Positions 39,781 to 47,136 of a DNA stretch of 64,000 bases are shown piece by piece. Location of the stretch: contig JALNYH010000002.1 of NCBI GenBank assembly GCA_023229945.1, positions 21,548 to 85,547 on the forward strand, written 5' to 3'. The stretch is from Arcobacteraceae bacterium (GTDB taxonomy: Bacteria; Campylobacterota; Campylobacteria; Campylobacterales; Arcobacteraceae). The translations under genes were made by a program, and so were the position numbers. Within the stretch, counting starts at the first letter, position 1, and the number at the start of each line of letters is the position of its first letter. Below the pieces are notes generated by a model. The model saw only the letters and a program-made list of their open reading frames with translations, did no database searches and had not been told where the DNA came from.

Positions 39781-39794
39781 TTGACTCCCATCAA
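39781..39794 (+). promoter_or_regulatory. FNR/DNR-type box TTGAC-TCCC-ATCAA (MCP promoter)
   Basis: Centre 39787.5. TATAGT at 39817..39822, 29.5 nt from the centre. Confidence 0.7.
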
Positions 39795-39872
39795 TTTTAT
39801 TTATTTTCAATTTAAGTATAGTGTCGAACTAATAAGAATAAATATATATCATATTAGTTTGGAGGCTTTTGT

Positions 39873-42071
39873 ATGTTTAAAAATTTTTATATTAAGACTA
39901 AGTTACTTATTCTTTTTATTATCCCATTGTTGGCTGTCTTAATTCTTCTTGTGGTTAAGTTTATAGAATTAAACCAAAGCCTTTCCAATGCAACCAAAGC
40001 AGCTTCTATTGAAGAGATTAGAGGAATTGGTGACATCATACACAATTTACAAGTTGAAAGAGGCTTAAGTGCTAGATATATAGCTTCAAATGGAACAAAT
40101 TTTAAAGATGTATTGCAAGAACAAAGAACTCTATCAGCGAGTTCTATCAATAAGTTAATAAATTTCCAAACACAACAAAACAATATCATAGCTTCTCAAA
40201 TTGTTAAAGATTTAGACACAAAAAGAAATCTTATAGATACATTATCATATAATTTAAATCAAAGTGGCAGTTACTATAGTGATATGATATCTCAACTTCT
40301 AAATTACTATCGAACCATTTTACTAAAATCAAAATTACCACAAATTAAAAATGATTTACTAGCTCACTATTGGCTTTTACTAGCAAAAGAAAACTTTGGT
40401 CAATTAAGAGCAAATTTAGCAATAACTTTTCGACAAAAATATTTTTCTGATGATATATTACAAAAATCTAGTGCTAATCAAGCTACTATAATACTTGGCT
40501 TTCAAAACTTTGAATCAGATGCAAATATCGATATTGTCAATTATTTCAAAAAAACTTTTCAAGGAGAAAGTGTAGATACTACAAACAATATGATTCAAAT
40601 TGCTTTTGAAAAGCAAAAAGATGATTGTGGGAATATTGAACCATCTTTATGGTTTGACACAGCCACAAAAAGTATTGATATTCTAAAAAATATTGAAGAT
40701 TATAGTATAGCACATATAGAATCAACTATGAAAAAAACAATCTCTTCTATTTATTTTGAGATTATGAAAGACTTAATCATCAGCTTGGTTCTAATCATTG
40801 TAGTAATATTTTTATATCTTCAAATCTCAAAAGATATTCTTACATCTTTAGAGTCATTTAAAAATGGGTTATCACTATTTTTTGATTTCTTAAATAAAAA
40901 ATCAAATAATGCCAACAGTATTGATATAAATAATAAAGATGAATTTGGTCAAATGGCTAAATTAATAAATGAAAATATAGAAAAAACTCAAGTCATGATT
41001 TCACTAGATAATGAAGTAATAGCTGATGCAAAAAATGTTGTTGCAAGGGTAAATAATGGATGGTATAGCCAATGTATTGAAGCAACAACTACAAATGAAT
41101 CACTAGAACAATTTAAAGAAAGTGTTAATGAAATGATAGTAAATACAAAAAATAGATTTTTAGATGTAAATAATATCTTAAATCTCTATACAAAACATGA
41201 CTACACAAAAACTCTTCACCTAAAGCCTACAGATGAAAAAGGTGGGGTTTTAGAATCATTAATTTTAGGTGTTAACTCTTTACAAAATTCTATTACACAG
41301 ATGCTTATCCAAAACCAAACAAATGGAACTACACTTGATAAAAGCTCAAATATTTTACTTCAAAATGTAAATACCCTAAGTCATAGTGCAAATTCCGCTG
41401 CAGCTGCATTAGAAGAAACTGCTGCGGCACTTGAAGAAATTACTGCCACAGTTGTCAGTAATTCATCAAATATTCTTCAAATGTCACAATATTCAAAAGA
41501 AGTTATAAACTCAGCAAAAAAAGGGCAAGAATTAGCCAAAAACACATCAACAGCTATGGATGAAATAACAACTCAAGTTCATACTATAAATGAAGCTATA
41601 GCTGTAATCGATCAAATATCATTTCAAACAAATATTCTATCCTTAAACGCTGCAGTTGAAGCAGCAACTGCTGGAGAAGCTGGAAAAGGATTTGCAGTAG
41701 TTGCTGCAGAAGTGCGAAACCTAGCATCAAGAAGTGCTGAAGCTGCCAAGGAGATAAAGTATATTGTAGAGATAGCTACATCCAAAGCCAATTTAGGTAA
41801 ATCAATAAGTAGTGAAATGATAAAAGGATATGATGAACTTTTGCAAAATATTGATAAAACTACAGCAACAATTTCAGAAATTGCAAATGCTTCCAAAGAA
41901 CAAGAAGCTGGTATTACACAAATAAATGATGCAGTAACTGGACTTGATCGCCAAACTCAAGAAAATGCCTCCATAGCATCTCAAACACATGATATTGCAA
42001 TACAAACTGACAATATTGCAAAAGCAATAGTATCTGATGTCATAAATAAGCAATTTATTGGCAAAAGTTGA
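39873..42071 (+). CDS. methyl-accepting chemotaxis protein with a NIT-like (nitrate/nitrite-sensing) periplasmic domain
   Basis: 732 aa. TM1, large helical sensor with IIHNLQVERGLSARYIASNG (NIT-like motif), TM2, HAMP, conserved MCP signalling hairpin ([34 protein letters not shown]). Confidence 0.8.
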   Translation: MFKNFYIKTKLLILFIIPLLAVLILLVVKFIELNQSLSNATKAASIEEIRGIGDIIHNLQVERGLSARYIASNGTNFKDVLQEQRTLSASSINKLINFQTQQNNIIASQIVKDLDTKRNLIDTLSYNLNQSGSYYSDMISQLLNYYRTILLKSKLPQIKNDLLAHYWLLLAKENFGQLRANLAITFRQKYFSDDILQKSSANQATIILGFQNFESDANIDIVNYFKKTFQGESVDTTNNMIQIAFEKQKDDCGNIEPSLWFDTATKSIDILKNIEDYSIAHIESTMKKTISSIYFEIMKDLIISLVLIIVVIFLYLQISKDILTSLESFKNGLSLFFDFLNKKSNNANSIDINNKDEFGQMAKLINENIEKTQVMISLDNEVIADAKNVVARVNNGWYSQCIEATTTNESLEQFKESVNEMIVNTKNRFLDVNNILNLYTKHDYTKTLHLKPTDEKGGVLESLILGVNSLQNSITQMLIQNQTNGTTLDKSSNILLQNVNTLSHSANSAAAALEETAAALEEITATVVSNSSNILQMSQYSKEVINSAKKGQELAKNTSTAMDEITTQVHTINEAIAVIDQISFQTNILSLNAAVEAATAGEAGKGFAVVAAEVRNLASRSAEAAKEIKYIVEIATSKANLGKSISSEMIKGYDELLQNIDKTTATISEIANASKEQEAGITQINDAVTGLDRQTQENASIASQTHDIAIQTDNIAKAIVSDVINKQFIGKS

Positions 42072-42142
42072 TTTGTATCAATGATAATAATTATGAAAGC
42101 TGTTAATATTCACCTAATTTCATAAGTAATTAAGGAGAAAAA

Positions 42143-42439
42143 ATGCCTATCCCTACAAATTCTACCGAAGTAAATGTTGTTGGTGCTACTGTACCGTTTT
42201 TTAAAGAAACTATTGATGGTATCGATATTTATTATTTTGATACATCCGCTACAGAACCACCAGTTCCTATGATAAATGCTATGGCAGGATTAAATCTTGT
42301 CACAAAAACATCCAAGCTTATTATGATAAATCATAAAATGCCAACAAAACTTTTGGAAAATCTTGAAAATACATATAAGATTACAAAAGAAACACTAACA
42401 AATGGGAATGCAAAAGTTACATTTGAAACCAAAATATAA
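42143..42439 (+). CDS. DUF2249-like small protein
   Basis: 98 aa. The TEPPVPMINAMAGLN...LIMINHKMPTKLLENL pattern parallels the 75-aa protein at 56385. Confidence 0.5.
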   Translation: MPIPTNSTEVNVVGATVPFFKETIDGIDIYYFDTSATEPPVPMINAMAGLNLVTKTSKLIMINHKMPTKLLENLENTYKITKETLTNGNAKVTFETKI

Positions 42440-42454
42440 CTTAGGTTAAATTAT

Positions 42455-43672
42455 ATGAATAATTTAGCCACAGATATGTCACCCCCTTTTGTATCAGTAG
42501 CAATATTTTTCTTTAGTGGGGTAATATTTCTTATAATCTCACTTTTAGTACTTCTTGGCTCATTTGAAAACCTAATTGGTCACTACCAATTGCAGTCAAA
42601 TATCGGTCTTGCACATCTATTTTTAGTAGGTTTTGTAATGAGTGTTATTTTTGGAGCTTCATATCAACTTCTTCCTGTAGCTCTTGAAGTTCCTATGTTT
42701 TCAAAAGACTTTTCATATATTCACTCAATTTTACATATTATAGCAACTATCCTATTTTGTAGTGGATTTTTTATCAATATTGAACTTATAAGATTTGGAA
42801 GTTTACTACTTTATGTATCAATGATGATTTTTATAATAAATGCGTTGATAACCTTTATAAAAAACAAAAAATATGATATTCAAAGTAGATTTATTTTTTG
42901 GGGTATTATATTTTTAACAATCGGTGTTTTGATTGGCTTTTTATTAGCTCTTAATTACTTCTACCCACTTTTGGGTAATTTGAGCCAAAAACTGCTTTAT
43001 TCCCATATTATTTTAGTACTTTTTGGTTTCGTATTTTTTATAATTATTGGTATTTCTATGACTTTAGTACCTATGTTTATGATTTCACACAATTTCAACC
43101 AAACTCCAATAGAAAACTCATTTTATATAGCAACTTTGGGTATTAGTTTATTGATTATAGGTGTTTTTACAAACTCATATTTTATTATCTTTGGATTAAT
43201 ATTAATCTTTATTGTATTTTTTGCATATTTATATCAAATGTATATTATTTACAAAGTCCGAGCTAGAAAAAAAATAGATAGCTGGGCTTTACATCTAATA
43301 TTTTCATTTTGGGGATTATTTGGATTTTTGGCACTATTTTTTATAGATACCAAGAGTGCTTTTCTTGTTTTATTTTTTTTAGTATTCATACCATTTATCA
43401 ATGGACACCTTACCAAAATAATTCCATTTTTAAGATGGTTTGACAAATTCTCACCACTTGTAGGCAAACAAAAAGTTCCTATGTTACATGAAATGATAAA
43501 TGAAAAAGTTGCTATTTACGAAACATACACTAGTTTCATAGGGGCAATCTTACTAATAAGCGGTATATTATTGCATATTAAATCAATCTATATTATCGGC
43601 GTTTGTTTTCTAATCATAGGTGCTTTTATGGTAGTTTATAACATATTTCATACAATGAAATTCAAAGTTTAA
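42455..43672 (+). CDS. 12-TM membrane protein (NnrS-like / heme-copper-oxidase-like helix motif; family uncertain)
   Basis: 405 aa. Paralogue of 56649..57860. The motif AHLFLVGFVMSVIFGASYQLLPV resembles helix II of NorB. Confidence 0.5.
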   Translation: MNNLATDMSPPFVSVAIFFFSGVIFLIISLLVLLGSFENLIGHYQLQSNIGLAHLFLVGFVMSVIFGASYQLLPVALEVPMFSKDFSYIHSILHIIATILFCSGFFINIELIRFGSLLLYVSMMIFIINALITFIKNKKYDIQSRFIFWGIIFLTIGVLIGFLLALNYFYPLLGNLSQKLLYSHIILVLFGFVFFIIIGISMTLVPMFMISHNFNQTPIENSFYIATLGISLLIIGVFTNSYFIIFGLILIFIVFFAYLYQMYIIYKVRARKKIDSWALHLIFSFWGLFGFLALFFIDTKSAFLVLFFLVFIPFINGHLTKIIPFLRWFDKFSPLVGKQKVPMLHEMINEKVAIYETYTSFIGAILLISGILLHIKSIYIIGVCFLIIGAFMVVYNIFHTMKFKV

Positions 43673-43681
43673 GGATTCAAA

Positions 43682-43990
43682 ATGACAACAAAAGAAGAAG
43701 TATTACAACAAATTTCTACAATCATAGACCCAGAAGTAGGATATAACTTAGTAGATTTAGGGTTGATTTATGAAGTTGATATTAGTGATGATGGCACTAT
43801 GGTCATAGTAACCATGACTTTATCTACAAGAGGATGCCCACTTCACCAAATGATGGTAGAATGGGTAGAAGCAGCAGTTCTTAGATGTGAAGGGGTAATA
43901 AAATGTATGGTACAAGTAGTATGGGAACCAGCTTGGACTATCGAAAAATCAGCCCCACATGTACAAAAAGCCCTTAGTAGCTGGATGTAA
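43682..43990 (+). CDS. DUF59 (SufT/MIP18-like) Fe-S assembly-related protein
   Basis: 102 aa. IIDPEVGYNLVDLGLIYEV and TRGCP motifs. Confidence 0.8.
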   Translation: MTTKEEVLQQISTIIDPEVGYNLVDLGLIYEVDISDDGTMVIVTMTLSTRGCPLHQMMVEWVEAAVLRCEGVIKCMVQVVWEPAWTIEKSAPHVQKALSSWM

Positions 43991-44037
43991 GTAAGCCTCC
44001 TGAATCTACATATCCCGTCATCTCGAACTCGCATATC

Positions 44038-44068
44038 CTGTCATCCTGAACTTGATTCAGGATCTCAT
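44038..44068. repeat. 31-nt REP-like hairpin unit, copy 1
   Basis: ctgtcatCctgaActtgaTtcagGatctcat. 8-bp stem atcctgaa/ttcaggat, loop cttga. Confidence 0.7.
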
Positions 44069-44136
44069 CCCAACTAAATTCCGTCTCAAGCACAGAATGA
44101 CAAATCCCACGCCATTATCTCTCAAACCTGCAAAAT

Positions 44137-44167
44137 CTGTCATGCTGAGCTTGACTCAGCATCTCAT
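44137..44167. repeat. 31-nt REP-like hairpin unit, copy 2
   Basis: ctgtcatGctgaGcttgaCtcagCatctcat. All four differences from copy 1 form two compensatory base pairs. Abuts the stop of the minus-strand gene at 44169. Confidence 0.7.
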
Positions 44168-44168
44168 T

Positions 44169-44762
44169 CTAATGAATCTTGATAGCTTTTTCTTTATGAC
44201 TCAATAAAATCTCTTTTACCCTAGCTTGCCATTGTTTCCCAAAAAGTTCAGTTTCTTCTTTTGTGGCACGATTTTGTAATGCTTTTTGCATCAAAGTAGA
44301 GTCTAATTCAGGTAGATACAAATTCCCAAGATCATAGCTTACATCTACAATTTTGCCAGTGTCAAGTCTTGTAAATCTAATTTCACCTTTGCTCTTTGCA
44401 TTAAAAAACAATAAATTGTTTCTTGCAAAAACTCCACCAAGCCCTTTGAATCCATCTTCTTCTTTAGCCCCTGTAATATATGAGACAACATTTGCTATCA
44501 CACCTACTACTCCATCACTTTTTTTGCCACGCATCTCAACTTTGATATTTCCTCTTATTGGTGTTTCATTACCATTATGAAGTGCTTTCAAAGCATATAA
44601 ACTCATCAAATAAGCTCCAGTTACCGTAGGACAAGAATGACCACTAAGCTTTACCACATCTGCAAAACCAATCTCACACACTCCACCAGAACCCAAAAAC
44701 TCACCCAAAGGCTCATATAAAACTATTTTTTCAACACTATCAAAAAATTCTGGATACAACAT
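44169..44762 (-). CDS. hypothetical protein, possibly FmdE-domain-like
   Basis: 197 aa. The LSGHSCPTVTGAYL motif resembles the FmdE-family H-x-CPG region. Weak call. Confidence 0.35.
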   Translation of the reverse strand: MLYPEFFDSVEKIVLYEPLGEFLGSGGVCEIGFADVVKLSGHSCPTVTGAYLMSLYALKALHNGNETPIRGNIKVEMRGKKSDGVVGVIANVVSYITGAKEEDGFKGLGGVFARNNLLFFNAKSKGEIRFTRLDTGKIVDVSYDLGNLYLPELDSTLMQKALQNRATKEETELFGKQWQARVKEILLSHKEKAIKIH

Positions 44763-44825
44763 AGCACAATCCTTTTCTATTATTTTTATTTTGTGTTATT
44801 TTAGACTAATATATGGATTTTTGCA

Positions 44826-44839
44826 TTGATTTATATCAA
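44826..44839 (-). promoter_or_regulatory. FNR/DNR-type box TTGAT-TTAT-ATCAA
   Basis: Centre 44832.5. Minus-strand TAAAAT (rc of 44798..44803) 29.5 nt from the centre. Serves the gene starting at 44762. Confidence 0.65.
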
Positions 44840-45055
44840 TATTCAAGAAATATTAAAAAAACTTTAGGTATAATTTAGGTGAGATGTTATCAAAGGACTT
44901 ATTCTATACATAACCGGCAAACTTGTATCTTCTTTTAGCACAAAGGAGGTGTTGTTGCTTGTTGTTGAGGTGTTATAAAAAGTCAAATTCACTTTTTTTT
45001 ATGTACTCGTCGCCGGTTACTTCTGAAATATTAACACAAATCAAAACCCATTTCC

Positions 45056-45069
45056 TTGACTTTTGTCAA
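45056..45069. promoter_or_regulatory. orphan FNR/DNR-type box TTGAC-TTTT-GTCAA with no CDS nearby
   Basis: Centre 45062.5. Minus-strand TGtTAATAT (rc of 45028..45036) at the canonical 29.5 nt; plus-strand ATTAAT at 45092..45097. The 17-nt core cttgacttttgtcaaat is identical to the nrdD box. Confidence 0.55.
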
Positions 45070-45222
45070 ATTATTCAAACTTTTTATTTAAATTAATACA
45101 TTTTGTAATTTTTGTTTACAAATCTCAAAACTACGGTTACAATGTTTATCAGTTTTAGGAGGAGGATTCATGTGTGTGTAACCGCAGTTTTCAGATTATG
45201 GAAGTGGGACTTTAGTCCCGCA

Positions 45223-45248
45223 CAAAAAAGTGAGGCATTAGCCTCACT
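45223..45248 (-). terminator. intrinsic terminator of ahpC
   Basis: Minus strand: agtgaggc-taat-gcctcact followed by TTTTTT. Confidence 0.8.
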
Positions 45249-45282
45249 TCCAATTATATGACAATAATATGTATCAATTAAA

Positions 45283-45897
45283 TTATGACAATATCTCTTC
45301 GATAGTGATATAATCCCCTACTCTTCCAGTCATTTGCTCTACATCAGTATTTACTGGTAGTGTTTTTTTACCTGGTCTCCAACCTGCTGGGCATACTTCA
45401 CCCGTAGCAGTTGCATGTTGCCATGCTCTTACTTGTCTTAAAAATTCATTTACATTTCTTCCAACAGAGTCCGCTTGTACTTCTTGAGCTACACAAACAC
45501 CGTTTGGATTGAACAAAAATCTTCCTCTAAGTGCAACACCCTCTTCTTCGATAAGTACACCAAAAGACTCTGCAACTGATTTAGTTGTATCAGCTCCAAT
45601 TGTAAGTTTCAAACCTTTTAAAATAGGCTCAGTTTCTACAAATCTTTTGTGAGAAAATTTTGTGTCTGTTGAAATAGGTAATATCTCAACTCCTAGTTCT
45701 TGAAACTCATCATATTTAGCATTCATAGCCGCAATCTCTGTTGGGCAAACAAATGTAAAATCCGCTGGATAAAAACAAACTACTGTCCATTTACCTACAT
45801 AATCTTCACTTGATACTGTTGTATAGTGACCAGTTGCTGCATTATATGCACTCATTTTAAATTCTGGCATTTTTCTTAGAACCATTGTTGAACTCAT
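45283..45897 (-). CDS. ahpC: 2-Cys peroxiredoxin (AhpC/TsaA family)
   Basis: Start moved to MSSTMVLRKMPEF (ATG 45897, AAGGA RBS). FYPADFTFVCPTE peroxidatic Cys and GEVCPAGW resolving Cys. Confidence 0.88.
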   Translation of the reverse strand: MSSTMVLRKMPEFKMSAYNAATGHYTTVSSEDYVGKWTVVCFYPADFTFVCPTEIAAMNAKYDEFQELGVEILPISTDTKFSHKRFVETEPILKGLKLTIGADTTKSVAESFGVLIEEEGVALRGRFLFNPNGVCVAQEVQADSVGRNVNEFLRQVRAWQHATATGEVCPAGWRPGKKTLPVNTDVEQMTGRVGDYITIEEILS

Positions 45898-46144
45898 TTT
45901 CTTTTCCTTTGTTATTTCTGTTTTATTATTTTCGACGATTTCTTTTTTTTCGTCTCTAGCTTTTATTCCTGCATCGCAAGCCATTTTATCTCCTTTTTCA
46001 AAATATTGTTTTTGAATGAAAGAATTATATCAGAGTAAAATAAAATCTATTATTGGATAAAAATTATCGTTTAGTTTTTTAAGAATAATTTAAGTTATAT
46101 AATTGGATTATATTAGCATCATAAGTTTATATTATGATTTTAAG

Positions 46145-46855
46145 TTAAAAGTTTCTATATTCTATTTTAAATTTATCTGTATGCAATTTCTTTAGGTCAA
46201 TATAAGATAGTTTTTTTGTTAGATTACCAAAGTTTTCTTTGGATTCAAGGAAGTTTTGTAGATAATAAGTACCATTGTAATCTATATTTTCAAGAGTTTT
46301 TATCATCATTTGTATATCATAAGTATCCAATAAATCTGGATGAATTGTAGAGCGTATCTCAAAGTTAACACCACTTTTTACGAGCATGATTACTGAATTG
46401 ATAAAAAACTCAAAATATTTTGATGGGTTTTTTGTCACAAGTTCAAATTTATCTTTTGGTGCTTTGAAATCAACCGCCACAAAATCCAAAAGACCCATAT
46501 CCAAAAGCTCTTGCAAACTTTCATGATGCACACCATTTGTATCAAGTTTTACCATAAATCCCATATTTTTGACTTTTACAATAAAACTAAGCATTGCATT
46601 ATCATAGCCAAATAAAGGCTCTCCACCACAAAGAACTACCCCTTGAAGTAGCCCTTTGCGAGTCTCTAAAAACTCAAGAACCTCATCATAGCTATAATTT
46701 CCACTTCCAGTTACAATCTCAGTATTATAACAATACCCACACCTCATCCCACATCCACATATCCATACAATACATGCTACATGTGATGGAAAGTCCAGCA
46801 ATGTAAATGGCGTAATATTATAAACTTGCTTCTTTTTGACAATATGTTTGTTCAT
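46145..46855 (-). CDS. nrdG: anaerobic ribonucleotide reductase activase NrdG (radical SAM)
   Basis: Start moved to MNKHIVKKK (ATG 46855). CGCGMRCGYCYN cluster motif. Confidence 0.8.
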   Translation of the reverse strand: MNKHIVKKKQVYNITPFTLLDFPSHVACIVWICGCGMRCGYCYNTEIVTGSGNYSYDEVLEFLETRKGLLQGVVLCGGEPLFGYDNAMLSFIVKVKNMGFMVKLDTNGVHHESLQELLDMGLLDFVAVDFKAPKDKFELVTKNPSKYFEFFINSVIMLVKSGVNFEIRSTIHPDLLDTYDIQMMIKTLENIDYNGTYYLQNFLESKENFGNLTKKLSYIDLKKLHTDKFKIEYRNF

Positions 46856-46997
46856 GAAAATATGTTCTTTGTCTATGCTCACCAATTTTTCCTATATTAA
46901 AGCTTTCCACTGGTCTATGATACCCCATAACTCTAGTATAAACCATACATTTCGTTCTTTTTTCTTTGTTTTGCTCTAAAACTTCATTTTTACTCAT
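46818..46997 (-). CDS. stand-alone NrdD glycyl-radical domain (59 aa)
   Basis: Hand-translated MSKNEVLEQNKEKRTKCMVYTRVMGYHRPVESFNIGKIGEHRQRTYFHEQTYCQKEASL. It carries the class III RNR C-terminal pattern (V)Y(S/T)R(V)xGY..PV..(W/F)N.GK..E...R. AAGGAG sits 6 nt upstream. Same frame as nrdD. Confidence 0.65.
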   Translation of the reverse strand: MSKNEVLEQNKEKRTKCMVYTRVMGYHRPVESFNIGKIGEHRQRTYFHEQTYCQKEASL

Positions 46998-47012
46998 TTT
47001 TTACTCCTTTTC

Positions 47013-47136
47013 TTTAGTTTTTAGTTTGTAGAGGGTAGAGAAGATAATGAAGAAATAATTTTCCGTTACCACCTACCACCTACCACCTACCACCTACCAC
47101 CTACCACCTACCACCTACCACCTACCACCTACCACC
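47013..47136. repeat. heptad-repeat hairpin element, copy 1: conserved 54-nt core + (TACCACC)x10
   Basis: tttagtttttagtttgtagagggtagagaagataatgaagaaataattttccg, then ten exact TACCACC units (47067..47136). Homologous to 60822..60931. Confidence 0.85.

Noticed and set aside
45898-45984. N-terminal extension of the ahpC ORF (MACDAGIKARDEKK...)
   Set aside because: There is no RBS, whereas the internal ATG at 45897 has AAGGA and gives the normal peroxiredoxin N-terminus.
46097-46113. ATATAAT-TGG-ATTATAT palindrome as a PerR/Fur box controlling ahpC
   Set aside because: The 7-3-7 spacing differs from the 7-1-7 Per/Fur consensus. It lies about 200 nt from the ahpC start and right after the nrdG stop. 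Pure A/T palindromes are expected by chance in this composition.
47067-47136. Possible CRISPR array or telomere-like repeat
   Set aside because: The unit is only 7 nt, perfectly tandem with no spacers, and no cas genes are nearby. It is better explained as one arm of the hairpin element.
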